IMG/VR virus record: IMGVR_UViG_3300029305_004678
Span: 95,800 to 159,799 of that record
Reading direction: 5' to 3' (one strand)
Length of the DNA: 64,000 nt
DNA from: a virus
Lineage: Duplodnaviria > Caudoviricetes
Position numbers and translations under genes: made by a program. Within the stretch, counting starts at the first letter, position 1, and each line of letters begins with the position of its first letter. The notes under the pieces were generated by a model. That model did no database searches. It was not told the DNA's origin and saw only the letters and a program-made list of their open reading frames with translations. Of this stretch, positions 17,767-28,249 are shown piece after piece.

Positions 17767-20763
17767 TTAAGTGGCCTTGTAGTATTTGAAGCTTAATGCT
17801 TCAAGTATGGCCGCTTCAGAGGTCATAGCTGTATCTGATGTAGTACCATTTGCAGCATGCTCTTCCATTTCTTTATATGACTTCACAATATCTGCAGGAG
17901 TTGTTACCATAGATTGAATAAGGCTCTCAGCTGCAAATTCTGTAAGTACATCATTATTGGATCTCATTGTAGGGGTATTTAATATATATGCAGATGGTTC
18001 TGCATTACCTTTAGCACTAGCGACTATAATTCTACCTTCATCATAGGATGAAACTTTATCCATATAATCGCTATATATAGACGCTTCTCCATCTTCATAA
18101 ATCCACAATCTATCAGCAATCCAAATACTGTCTACTGGAGTGATTGTAGTATTTATAGAAGGAATATCCATTAATCTTACAGTACTATAGTATCTATTGG
18201 TCAAATTTAATCCATTAATCTTATCTGTCAAATACAGAATAGTATGGGTAATAAAATTAATTATCATAGATCCCATTCTATCATGTGTGCTCATATAATC
18301 TTCATAGTTTCTGTAAACCCATGTACTAATATCAAAGTAAATTCTTTCTATAAGATTTACTCGTTCGGTATAGTTCATAGAAATAAAACTCTTACTAAAT
18401 TCTTCATATAGCTTAATAAATTCACTGCGTTGGAAGAATCTATTAAGAAGTATGTCATCTATTATTCTTATGGAACCCTCGTCACCTTTATCAGCAAAAG
18501 TATATATAGTATTGATTCCTAAGAAATGTACTTTATATGACTTATAAAAGTTGATTACTGTTGCTATATAACCCTTAACAGCATCTATACTCATAATAGG
18601 AAGATTGGAGAATAAAGCAGAGAATTCTTTTGTATCTAAATATTCTTCCAATGCATATATAATGCTGTCTATAACAGTAGCAATGTATTGATTTCTAGAA
18701 GTTTCATCAATGAAACTTTCTATTTCTATTACAATAGCGTAAAGAGAAGGATCTTTTGCTGCTAAATATGCAGAATATGTAGCATCTCCTTCCTCATCTC
18801 GATAAAAATCTCCAGTTTCAGGATTCTTATAGAAATCCATATTAAGCTTTACCGTCATTAATGCATCGTAAAGCTTTTTATAAACATTATATACTTTTTT
18901 ATTGTCAGCTTGCTGCATTCCTTTAATAAGCTCATCTCTTATCTCCATATTGTTTATATAAAGATTCATAAGAGCTTTAAAACTAGGAATAGAAGCTTTT
19001 ATAGTAGTTTCGTCATGATATTGAGTTTTATCCTCACTATCATAAACTCTTGTAGTTTCGACATAGTCATCTATTTGATCGGTAAATTTTGCCAACTGCT
19101 CTTGAGCATGGAGTGTACTACCATGATCAATTATATATCCATCCGGATAATTTGGACTGGGTATTCTCTTTGCTCCAATCTCTTCAGCCAAAACGGAAAG
19201 ATTAGCTTTAAAATTGAAACCGTTTACATACAGTACCTTACTCTGAGTGTCCATGATGGTATCTTTAACACCATTGTATTGATAGGTAAGAACTGTAAGC
19301 AATGTAAATACGTCAACTAAATCAAATTCTCTACCAGCTTCAATATAAGGTATCTTAAGAGTTATCATTCCCTCAAGATCTATATTATCATAGAGAAGAT
19401 TTAGGAAATAAGACTGCTGAGCTGATGCCTTTGCTATATCTGTAATACTATCTATTGAAATATATTTAGTTCTGGCAAGGTTAAACTCCTCTTCAAGGAT
19501 AGCTTTCATAACCTCTTCATGGTTTAATCCACCATCCCATGTAGGATCTGATAGTGTAATCTCATCATAATCTAAATAACTTCCAGCATTTCTAATATAG
19601 TCCTCGACATCATCTTCCAAAGGAAGTTTTAAAAATCTAAGAGTATATTCATCTTCAAGAATCTCATTACCATTTTCATCAGTAGATAATACATATTCTC
19701 CTGTAGACAGATCTATATTCCTATCTTTAAGCATATAATACTTAAAGATTTGAATATTATCGAATCCAAATAAGGAGCATATATCTACCATACATTTAGA
19801 AGTGGACTTAAACTTAAGAAGAGTATGCAGATTCTTCACCATAGATATTTGATATTTGAGAGGTATTTCTTCGAAGAAAGGAACACCATTAGATTCAAAT
19901 ATATATTGCACAGATCTGATATCGAATATCTCTTTTCTTGTAACAAATTCTTGTACTCTAGATATGATATCCACCATTGTTATAATGACTATTAAAACAG
20001 CAATGAAATTATCATAATAATCTGAGTTATATTTGAATGCCTCAGAGTATACAGTTCTAAGTACATAAATTTTATTATCATCTAATTTATCCCTATACAT
20101 TTTATAGATCGCATCCGAATCTATAGTGGGAATAAATATAGGATCAAATCGTCCTGCTTTACGAGACGTATAATAATCAATTCTCTTTCCACCAAGATGA
20201 CGCATATACTCTCTATTTACAGGATCTTCCTTTATCAAATCTTCTAACACACCATTTGTTTCCAATATAGCTGCTTCAGCCTTACTCATTTTATGAATAG
20301 GCTTAGACAGATCTATAGAAACATTAGAAGGTGGAATCCAATCTACAACATAATCCTCTTTACCTATTGCAGGCAAACCATTTAAAGCTCTATAATAGGT
20401 ATTTAATTCTTCATAATTTTCAATATATTCGCTTACCATATATTTTGTAAGCTCTTCTCTTCTTCCTTCTGGAACATTATTGATATTCTTCATCATAGTT
20501 TGGACACTTATTTCATCCACTATGCCTATAGAATTTAATGCTGTTCTAGAAACAGAGGTAAACATATTGAAGGTGGCTACACCATCAATACACGCTAAAT
20601 ATAAACCAGAATTTTGTAAAGACTCTAGAGTCTCGCAGTTATCTGCTAATTCCTGCATTTTTAATACAGTACCAGCAGCTAATAATTTAGTATAGTAGAC
20701 CATTTCATCTACATAAGGATTTTCTGTATATATCTTTTTTATATCGAAAGACACTGAATGCAC
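17767..20763 (-). CDS. large putative virion structural (baseplate wedge-like) protein, 998 aa
   Basis: YEELNTYYRALNGLP; LLKFKST..C..DICSLFGF; INFYKSY; CACA-N6-TA variant upstream. Confidence 0.6.
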   Translation of the reverse strand: MHSVSFDIKKIYTENPYVDEMVYYTKLLAAGTVLKMQELADNCETLESLQNSGLYLACIDGVATFNMFTSVSRTALNSIGIVDEISVQTMMKNINNVPEGRREELTKYMVSEYIENYEELNTYYRALNGLPAIGKEDYVVDWIPPSNVSIDLSKPIHKMSKAEAAILETNGVLEDLIKEDPVNREYMRHLGGKRIDYYTSRKAGRFDPIFIPTIDSDAIYKMYRDKLDDNKIYVLRTVYSEAFKYNSDYYDNFIAVLIVIITMVDIISRVQEFVTRKEIFDIRSVQYIFESNGVPFFEEIPLKYQISMVKNLHTLLKFKSTSKCMVDICSLFGFDNIQIFKYYMLKDRNIDLSTGEYVLSTDENGNEILEDEYTLRFLKLPLEDDVEDYIRNAGSYLDYDEITLSDPTWDGGLNHEEVMKAILEEEFNLARTKYISIDSITDIAKASAQQSYFLNLLYDNIDLEGMITLKIPYIEAGREFDLVDVFTLLTVLTYQYNGVKDTIMDTQSKVLYVNGFNFKANLSVLAEEIGAKRIPSPNYPDGYIIDHGSTLHAQEQLAKFTDQIDDYVETTRVYDSEDKTQYHDETTIKASIPSFKALMNLYINNMEIRDELIKGMQQADNKKVYNVYKKLYDALMTVKLNMDFYKNPETGDFYRDEEGDATYSAYLAAKDPSLYAIVIEIESFIDETSRNQYIATVIDSIIYALEEYLDTKEFSALFSNLPIMSIDAVKGYIATVINFYKSYKVHFLGINTIYTFADKGDEGSIRIIDDILLNRFFQRSEFIKLYEEFSKSFISMNYTERVNLIERIYFDISTWVYRNYEDYMSTHDRMGSMIINFITHTILYLTDKINGLNLTNRYYSTVRLMDIPSINTTITPVDSIWIADRLWIYEDGEASIYSDYMDKVSSYDEGRIIVASAKGNAEPSAYILNTPTMRSNNDVLTEFAAESLIQSMVTTPADIVKSYKEMEEHAANGTTSDTAMTSEAAILEALSFKYYKAT

Positions 20764-20915
20764 CCTCTCTCGAACTTGAATATTTAATGATATGTGAACT
20801 CAATATCCAATTAATCCTAATTAGACAACTATAGATTTATAAATCCTATATCTATAGAACTACGATAGTTTAGGATTTAACATTCTTATAATACCTATTT
20901 TGGAGGAAATAGATT

Positions 20916-21581
20916 ATGCAAGCCCATAGTAATCCTGTTCCAGGGATTGAAACATTCCAGACTAATATGAATCCAATGCTCGGAAGTCCCAATAGTACTT
21001 TTGCAATTGGATTCTATCAGACTAGAGAAAGCTTGATTGATATAGACGTATATAGAGCATTTCTTAAGAACTGTGAAATGCGCTTTAGAAGGTCTGCAAC
21101 ATATTCCAATTATAAGGGATTTCTTATAGGAATAGGCATGGACAGATGTCAGGTTCATGGATATATACATGCAGATATGGATGGTGTTGATTTAGAGATG
21201 CACCATGCAGTACTTACCCTATTTGATATATGTCTACTTATTACTGAACACTTATTAAACACTGTCGGATATGTAACGACATTCGATGTAGTACAATTGC
21301 TTAAAGAAGAGCATAAAGCACATAATATCGCACTTGTTATGCTGTCCAAGACACCACATCAGGTTTATCACGCTAACACAAATCAATTTTTCCTGCATCC
21401 AAAAATGTGTTTCGGTAAATGGCCTGTGTTGATCGAAAAATATAAGAAAGGACTGACTCAAGATGTGGCATTTAAGTTGCTCGCTTATTTGAAAAAAGCG
21501 ATAGAAGTCGAAGAAGCTGACGATGGTGGTTTATTAATATTAAGAGACAAAATTAAAGAATGGAGTGAGTATTGTGCCTAA
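20916..21581 (+). CDS. HNH-like jumbo-phage protein
   Basis: C..LEMHH...LVMLSKTPHQVYH; AACA-N6-TA at 20879-20890. Confidence 0.6.
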   Translation: MQAHSNPVPGIETFQTNMNPMLGSPNSTFAIGFYQTRESLIDIDVYRAFLKNCEMRFRRSATYSNYKGFLIGIGMDRCQVHGYIHADMDGVDLEMHHAVLTLFDICLLITEHLLNTVGYVTTFDVVQLLKEEHKAHNIALVMLSKTPHQVYHANTNQFFLHPKMCFGKWPVLIEKYKKGLTQDVAFKLLAYLKKAIEVEEADDGGLLILRDKIKEWSEYCA

Positions 21582-22014
21582 ATATGAATTAATAGTACTT
21601 GCAATTATCGCAGGAGTATTTGTAGCGATCGTAGCATCTTTGGCAATAGCTGTTGTAGTGAGCAACAACAAGTATCGGAAACGTCTTGAAAAGTTGTCAT
21701 ATTATCAGATTAACACTACTGCTAAGATAGACCAATCTATACCGGAACTTTTAGAATTAATCATCAATGAAAGCTTCAGGGATTATCAAGTAATGCATCT
21801 AGTTGCTCTTAATGAAGGATTTATTAATAGCGAACGTGAGGCCCAAATTAGGAAAGAATTGGTAAACTTGGTAACAAATAGAATTTCTAATGCCTCTCTA
21901 GATAAACTGTCCCTATTCTATAATTTAGAAAACATTGCTAATATATTAGCAGATAAGATCTATATTATTGTGATGGATTATGTTGTTAAGCATAATAGTG
22001 GAATTGCACAATAA
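21565..22014 (+). CDS. membrane protein with a single N-terminal TM helix
   Basis: Hydrophobic LIVLAIIAGVFVAIVASLAIAVVV followed by basic residues. Confidence 0.7.
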   Translation: MSIVPKYELIVLAIIAGVFVAIVASLAIAVVVSNNKYRKRLEKLSYYQINTTAKIDQSIPELLELIINESFRDYQVMHLVALNEGFINSEREAQIRKELVNLVTNRISNASLDKLSLFYNLENIANILADKIYIIVMDYVVKHNSGIAQ

Positions 22015-22027
22015 AAAAAAAAAATAA

Positions 22028-22055
22028 AGCCCATGGGAATTTACTCCCATGGGCT
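22028..22055. terminator. bidirectional terminator
   Basis: AGCCCATGGGA-ATTTAC-TCCCATGGGCT between convergent genes. Confidence 0.85.
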
Positions 22056-22866
22056 ATTTTGATGCAAAATATACAGATGCAAGCATGCTATTTAATTTAC
22101 GAAGAATACTCTCATTATGACTAATATCAAGATTGTGATATTTATCGAAATCTGTAGCATTATCTATAAAATATTCCCATCTTGCTGATATACCTGGATT
22201 GAGTTTATATTTTGATTGACTATTCAATTCTCTATAATACTCTATAGATAATCTTCTATTGATATAATTATCATGAAAGTATCCAAGCAAAGATATAGCA
22301 TCTTGAAGGAATTCTATTTGCGCACAATAGAAAAGTGTACATAAGAATTCTAGCATAAAGTTTTTATGAAGAGCTACAGCTTCATCACCAAGACCTTTTA
22401 TATCCAAAATCTCAGCGTTATCTATTCTATTACAATAATAGTAAAAGTCTAGATGTCCTATATGATAAAATGAAGTATATTTTGCTGCTTCTCTAAAAGC
22501 TACACGATCAGAGATATTCAATACCTTTACAGGTCTATTTCCAATTATTACTATAGCATCGTTTCTTATAGCTAATATTTCATGATCCTGAATGTTATTA
22601 GATTCTATAAACACCCTTCTTGCATTAGCAATACCTTGTTTAAGTATCTTAACAACTTCAGGATTAGATCCCTCAAGCTTACCTATATATATCTGCCTCT
22701 CCAGTTTCGGACATTGAGTCAAATACATATAAGTCTCCTGCGAGATCACATTAGCATCTCGAAGTACATTTATATTAGCTTTAGTTATATCGAATTCTCT
22801 AATAGTACCATCAATCATAAATTGAAGATCGGCGCGATAGTTTGTTCTTTCCCATATCTTACTCAT
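22054..22866 (-). CDS. conserved-looking phage protein with DNA polymerase palm-like motifs
   Basis: REFDITKANINVL and LAIRNDAI acidic motifs; LDIKGLGD. Confidence 0.5.
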   Translation of the reverse strand: MSKIWERTNYRADLQFMIDGTIREFDITKANINVLRDANVISQETYMYLTQCPKLERQIYIGKLEGSNPEVVKILKQGIANARRVFIESNNIQDHEILAIRNDAIVIIGNRPVKVLNISDRVAFREAAKYTSFYHIGHLDFYYYCNRIDNAEILDIKGLGDEAVALHKNFMLEFLCTLFYCAQIEFLQDAISLLGYFHDNYINRRLSIEYYRELNSQSKYKLNPGISARWEYFIDNATDFDKYHNLDISHNESILRKLNSMLASVYFASK

Positions 22867-23371
22867 AACTATCACCATCTATATTCTGGCCGTTCATCAT
22901 TCTCCATCTCATTAGATCTTGATCTAGAGCGAATAAGCCAGGAATACTAAATTCTGGTTCTGATATATACATGATATCTTCTATTTCATTTATAAGATAT
23001 GAATTATATCCATATCTCTGCTGAATTAGTTTTATTAGAGATTCTACGAATGCTATGGTATAATCATTATAAAGAATAGCTATATGCACCATAGTATCAG
23101 GCTGCATATAAACTGGTATAATGATTGACATAAATTGAGAGAATGCCATATCATTTGATAAAATGAAATTATGATAAGCTTGATCGAAATCTGTTGTAGC
23201 GCAATCTCCGGTCAAGATATCTTCAGAAATGAATTCGCTCGATGGGACTAATAAATTCAATATAGGCATTTCTGCATAGTAATGAGACAGGTTGTATTTA
23301 ACAACCTGTCTCACGCCTTTGCTCTGCAATATATCGACAGGAAAGTCCCTAATTGGTGTAAATACAATCAT
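22859..23371 (-). CDS. hypothetical protein (170 aa)
   Basis: Coupled ORF in operon. Confidence 0.8.
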   Translation of the reverse strand: MIVFTPIRDFPVDILQSKGVRQVVKYNLSHYYAEMPILNLLVPSSEFISEDILTGDCATTDFDQAYHNFILSNDMAFSQFMSIIIPVYMQPDTMVHIAILYNDYTIAFVESLIKLIQQRYGYNSYLINEIEDIMYISEPEFSIPGLFALDQDLMRWRMMNGQNIDGDSYE

Positions 23372-24024
23372 AAACCAACTAGCGGATCTACTAAGAATTT
23401 TCCACCATTGTTGTAGATCGCGTCTTTGACTATCTCAAAATATTTAGAGTAGTTTTCAAAATCTCTCTTTTCGACAATAGGATTTTCTTCATACGCCATT
23501 TTAGAGATAGCTGAAGGATGAATTGGAAGCGGTGGATGCTTCATCATAAAAGTAGCATAATCGATAATATTTGCATTATAAAGCTTTGCCAAATCAAAAG
23601 GAATCATTTCCTCTAGAATATAAGGCTGAACTTTACCTTGAATTCCCAAGACCAAACCAAAATATCTATACAGATAATCGATAAGCATCTTTGGAAATTG
23701 CATATTCATCTCGTCCCTACCAAACATAATTCCTATAGGGATCTGATTTAGTGCTGCGGCAATAATAATACTTATGAAAGGATCTGCTTCGGGTGTCTGA
23801 AGGTAGTAATAATAAATGCCTTCAGCATCAGCATAATTCTTATCAAGTTCCATTTGGATAGCTTCATACGGAGGTAATAATGCACCTGCCGTAACTATTG
23901 CCGGATGTGTGGAAAATTTAGGATGAGGTTCTTCTACAACGTAGATAACTTTTCCTCCAGTAAATGTGAAGGATTCGAACTCATCTTCTCCGATTACCCA
24001 CATATTAATTGGATAATTGGCCAT
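23368..24024 (-). CDS. hypothetical protein (218 aa)
   Basis: AAGGAGG RBS; coupled ORF. Confidence 0.8.
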   Translation of the reverse strand: MANYPINMWVIGEDEFESFTFTGGKVIYVVEEPHPKFSTHPAIVTAGALLPPYEAIQMELDKNYADAEGIYYYYLQTPEADPFISIIIAAALNQIPIGIMFGRDEMNMQFPKMLIDYLYRYFGLVLGIQGKVQPYILEEMIPFDLAKLYNANIIDYATFMMKHPPLPIHPSAISKMAYEENPIVEKRDFENYSKYFEIVKDAIYNNGGKFLVDPLVGL

Positions 24025-24045
24025 AGAGTTATCCTCCTTTTTAAA

Positions 24046-25539
24046 TTACTTAGAAGCTGGAATATGAACAGTCTTGGGAGACTTACGCTCACGCCGCTTA
24101 TTGGAAGTTGCATCTGCTTTAGCATTAGCTTCCTTAACCCAGTCAGGAATTTTATCTTCAGGAATATCTTTCATAGAAACAAACTTCTTGTTTCTCATTG
24201 CCTGTACTCTTCCACTAGGGTGAGGAATGAATCTAAGATCATCTAATTCTTCCTGAACTGTAGCATCTTCTTCATCAGCTACAAAATCTTCAGATGAAGT
24301 GGATTCATCATCTTTAGATTCTTCGTTTTCCAAATCATGAGGATTTGCACACTCTGATTCATCTTCCTCGGAATCAAAAGCATTCTCATCTTCCATATTA
24401 TCTGTATTTTCGATCTTGGTTTCTACTTCTTCCTCGGAATCAAAAGCATTCTCACCTTCTGTATTATCGGTATTTTCAACCTCGGTTACCGATTCCACTT
24501 CAGAGGTTATTGCAGTTTCATCTTTGGTTGGAATAATGATTTTTCCATTATCGATGATGGTCTCCTCTACGGGAGGAGTAGTTACAATAGAAGTCTCATC
24601 AATTTGCTCATCAGACTTCTTAGAGATTGCTCCACCTTCCAGAACAGCATGAAGTCTCTGCTCTCCGATAGGCTTCTTAGGCGGTTGCTGTTTTGTGATC
24701 GTATCATCCATAGGAATAGGATCATATACGACCTCGTTGCCTCTAACTAATTGAACTTTCATACTATAGCCTCCTTTAGCTATTATCTTTTTGTTATCGG
24801 GGGTATCATCTCTTAAATCTACTGCTAGATATATTTTTCCGCATCTGTTACAGACAAGATGATTAAAACCACTATTGTAATCAATTTCACCGTTACAGAT
24901 GCAGTTAAAATCTTGAAGATATTCATTACAATATAACTTCTTTCCATCCAATTTATACACATATGGATAGTCAAGAAGTACAGGTCCATGGCCTATACGA
25001 ATACCCCAATTCATGAAATATTTAGTTCCAACATCTTCTACTACATACTTACCAAGAAACTTAGTTACAAGTATATCAAAAACGTCAGATGCTATTTCTT
25101 TGAATTCTCCAATATTCTTTATAGGAATAACACGTTCAGCAAATCCTACAGTACCACATGGAGATATACAAAACATTTTAGATACATATGGCTTCAAGAA
25201 AAACTGATTTTGATACTCCATTGGATTGTCTTGCATTCCAACTCTATCTACAGCAATTTTTACCAAGAAACTTGTATCTTCATAGAATGAGTATACTACT
25301 CTATTAGTACCTGCTGCGAAACGTTTAAAGCCTCTAGCTCTCATAATATTATCAATCATCTTGTATTTCTCTCTAATTTTACCAGCGAGTTTTACAGATG
25401 TCGCAATTTTTCTAAGAGCTTCGATATCTTGTGGAGAAAGATAGAATGTCATAGGATATGGTAGACATATTCTTTCGAAATGATCTTCCATTGGAGACAT
25501 TCTTTTTGCTTTAAGAATATCTAATACATCTATTGCCAT
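24046..25539 (-). CDS. protein kinase-like protein with Zn finger and acidic tail
   Basis: AAGTNRVVY, LVKIA..DNPME, EDVG..MNWG, LLDYPY; C..CNG...CNRCG. Confidence 0.65.
   Translation of the reverse strand: MAIDVLDILKAKRMSPMEDHFERICLPYPMTFYLSPQDIEALRKIATSVKLAGKIREKYKMIDNIMRARGFKRFAAGTNRVVYSFYEDTSFLVKIAVDRVGMQDNPMEYQNQFFLKPYVSKMFCISPCGTVGFAERVIPIKNIGEFKEIASDVFDILVTKFLGKYVVEDVGTKYFMNWGIRIGHGPVLLDYPYVYKLDGKKLYCNEYLQDFNCICNGEIDYNSGFNHLVCNRCGKIYLAVDLRDDTPDNKKIIAKGGYSMKVQLVRGNEVVYDPIPMDDTITKQQPPKKPIGEQRLHAVLEGGAISKKSDEQIDETSIVTTPPVEETIIDNGKIIIPTKDETAITSEVESVTEVENTDNTEGENAFDSEEEVETKIENTDNMEDENAFDSEEDESECANPHDLENEESKDDESTSSEDFVADEEDATVQEELDDLRFIPHPSGRVQAMRNKKFVSMKDIPEDKIPDWVKEANAKADATSNKRRERKSPKTVHIPASK
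24362..24477. repeat. in-frame direct repeat (~50 nt, 66-nt period) encoding ENTDN(T/M)E(G/D)ENAFDSEE
   Basis: Copies at 24362-24411 and 24428-24477. Confidence 0.85.
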
Positions 25540-25575
25540 AATTACACCTCACTATTTTATAGAAGTACTAGACAT

Positions 25576-26742
25576 CTACTCTTGATCTCGACCAATAGAG
25601 TTTATAAATCTTTGTCGAGCAGCTTCTAGTCTATCTGCTATAAATCCTGGTGGCTTGATATCATAGGTGCCAGTAACAGGATTATAACTAAAGCTAGAAG
25701 ATATAGATGGATCATGCTGCGGGCTTACAGGCATTCCATTAGGCAAAATACCATTTCTAGATGCAAATCTATCTATAGCATTAATCTGAGATTTTGTCTG
25801 TATGCCATTAGATTCAAGAAGTTTTCTTCTAAACTCCTGAGCATTATAGAGTGCTTTAGCATTAGAACCATATTGTTGCATTCTCAACAAACGAGTCGAA
25901 TAATCTGCATAAATAGGTCCTCCGGCATTATTCATGAAATACATGAAAGATTTATCATCGAATAATCTTTCAGGAGCATTTTGATATATGAGCTCGAATA
26001 CTTTTTCTTTTTGAAATTGCTCTCGACTCATTATATCCGCCATACGCGCAACTGCATCGTTAACTTGAGCATTCTGATGAGGATCGATTACTTTTGTCTT
26101 TTTGACTTCTGTAATTTCTTGATCCCCTCTCATAAGGACAACTTTCATAGGATTATGAGGCCGAACTTCATATAAAGAACTCTGAATTTGCTCTGGTCTA
26201 ATTATATCAAATGTAGCCTCACACTGCTTAGCTTCTTCTTCTGTTCTACCAAGTCCTTTACTTACTATTCTAGACATTGATTTATAAAGAAGCTCATCAT
26301 TCTTTAGCTGATCATCATAACTCAGTCCATTAGCAACTGCATTATAATAGACAGCCCTAGACGCATCATCCATATACATAGGATTAGGTCCACCCATTAA
26401 ACCATAGCCCATATATGATCCATAACCCATATAAGGGTTACTATAGTTTTGGAATGCAGATTGGAATCCAGAATTATAGCCTCCAACTAAATTATTTTGT
26501 GGTGCAAATGAAGTTGGATAATATGCTTGTTGCTGGGCTCCTGCTTGCATTACCATATCTTTTGGAGATGGGTATGGAGTGGAAAAGCCGGTACTACTTT
26601 GTACCGGCTGTGTTTGAGTGCTGATTTGTGGTTGATTGCCAAAATATACTGGCATATTTCCTACACCTTGCGGAAGATTATTCATCATCGCCTGCACTGT
26701 AGGGGAATTGATGTTTAGCATGGAATCTCCTCCTGCTTTCAT
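25576..26742 (-). CDS. hypothetical protein with Q/P/G/Y-rich N-terminus
   Basis: Long ORF; GTATATTATA at 26754-26763. Confidence 0.8.
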   Translation of the reverse strand: MKAGGDSMLNINSPTVQAMMNNLPQGVGNMPVYFGNQPQISTQTQPVQSSTGFSTPYPSPKDMVMQAGAQQQAYYPTSFAPQNNLVGGYNSGFQSAFQNYSNPYMGYGSYMGYGLMGGPNPMYMDDASRAVYYNAVANGLSYDDQLKNDELLYKSMSRIVSKGLGRTEEEAKQCEATFDIIRPEQIQSSLYEVRPHNPMKVVLMRGDQEITEVKKTKVIDPHQNAQVNDAVARMADIMSREQFQKEKVFELIYQNAPERLFDDKSFMYFMNNAGGPIYADYSTRLLRMQQYGSNAKALYNAQEFRRKLLESNGIQTKSQINAIDRFASRNGILPNGMPVSPQHDPSISSSFSYNPVTGTYDIKPPGFIADRLEAARQRFINSIGRDQE

Positions 26743-26776
26743 ATTTTCATAAGTATAATATACGATTAATTATACT

Positions 26777-27379
26777 TTAAGCATTAAACCTTATATCTAT
26801 AATCCATTGTCTATATTTTTCAATTATCCTCCGTGTATCATAAAGTTTAATCGTCTCGTGCGTTAATGGAGTAGCTGTACCCTCAAGCCTGAATGTATTT
26901 TCTATGAGAAGATCAAATAAACATACAATATCTGATTTAGCATCATTGCCAGCAAATTCGAATAAATTCAATATTTGTTCGAATACCTGAGTTATATGTC
27001 TTGTAGAATTTACAAGAATTTCATCTCTTATTCTAGAAGTAGGATAACTTCTCTTAATTTCACAGATTATAATATACTGAATTTCTTCAGCCAATCCAGA
27101 TGCCCAAACAGAGTTATCGATATGCTTATTTAAAAGAGCATTAATTTGATGAAGATATTGCATAGTAGGATTTTCAGACTTAGACTTTTGATTTTGTTCT
27201 ATATTCAATATATACTTAAAAGGCCTAGATAGTATTCTGAATTGATCTTCAAACTTGGCTTCAGCAGCTTTCTCGCATTGATCATGAATAACAATTTTAC
27301 CTTCTGTCTGTATTCCTTTATCACTAGTATCTCCATTTAATGTAGATGTGGTTCCTGTGCAATTATATGGTCTTTTCAT
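26777..27379 (-). CDS. hypothetical protein (200 aa)
   Basis: ATGA overlap with RNase H gene. Confidence 0.75.
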   Translation of the reverse strand: MKRPYNCTGTTSTLNGDTSDKGIQTEGKIVIHDQCEKAAEAKFEDQFRILSRPFKYILNIEQNQKSKSENPTMQYLHQINALLNKHIDNSVWASGLAEEIQYIIICEIKRSYPTSRIRDEILVNSTRHITQVFEQILNLFEFAGNDAKSDIVCLFDLLIENTFRLEGTATPLTHETIKLYDTRRIIEKYRQWIIDIRFNA

Positions 27380-28107
27380 TGATTATATCCTCCTTTAAAA
27401 TCGTGTCTACTCACAATAGACGTTTTATCAATACATCTAATATACTGGTGAAGCATATTAGCTCTAATAGAGAACTCGATCGGATAGTTGAGTTCTAGTT
27501 CAGCATATGGAACTATTTGTCCTGTAGATAGATATACCTTTACAGCTTCTCTAGTCATTTTATCTACCATATCATTGCAAATACAAAAATATGGCATATC
27601 TAAACCAAGAGCTTCTGGAGTACATTTATTAGCTTTTATAAAAGATGATCTTGCCTTATCCATAGATATTTTACCTTCATTTACATGACCGCGTTGATGA
27701 TAGAACTCGATATGTAAATTGTTTTCTACAATGATATTAAAAATATCTATAAATCTCTGTTGATTTGCTACAGGTTGACCACTACTCGATACTAGAGTAC
27801 CATCTGATTTGATATTTGCTATCCAGTTTTTCATCCAATCTCTTAATCCATATAAAGATATTTTTGAATCAGAGAATAATCTAAATATGGCCCCAGGATA
27901 AATTTGTCTTAATCTTAGTGCTTCCACTATACCTATCCATATTGCCAATATCTCCGCAGAATTATTAGTAGCATTTAGCTGTATAATCATTCTTTTACTG
28001 ATTTCATATACTTGATTCGAATTATCTTGACATGTAATATAGCAACCTCCACATGCTACCTTTTTATCTAAATCAATAGATGCATCACAAAATAGATTAA
28101 TTACCAC
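27376..28107 (-). CDS. rnhA: ribonuclease HI
   Basis: LFCDAS, TNNSAEILAI, FSDSKIS, HQRGH, NDMVD catalytic motifs. Confidence 0.9.
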   Translation of the reverse strand: MVINLFCDASIDLDKKVACGGCYITCQDNSNQVYEISKRMIIQLNATNNSAEILAIWIGIVEALRLRQIYPGAIFRLFSDSKISLYGLRDWMKNWIANIKSDGTLVSSSGQPVANQQRFIDIFNIIVENNLHIEFYHQRGHVNEGKISMDKARSSFIKANKCTPEALGLDMPYFCICNDMVDKMTREAVKVYLSTGQIVPYAELELNYPIEFSIRANMLHQYIRCIDKTSIVSRHDFKGGYNQ

Positions 28108-28185
28108 ATTTTCACCTTCTTATAGATAATTTTATTTTGTTGTTTCCAAAGATATAATATCTAACCAATAGGAGTATTACAAAAT

Positions 28186-28218
28186 TGATTGAGGTAGTGG
28201 ATTTCTCCACTACCTCAA
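28186..28218 (-). terminator. intrinsic terminator after 28250..28870
   Basis: TTGAGGTAGTGGA-TTTC-TCCACTACCTCAA. Confidence 0.75.
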
Positions 28219-28249
28219 GACAGAAAGGAATGAAAATTATGAAAAAGAC

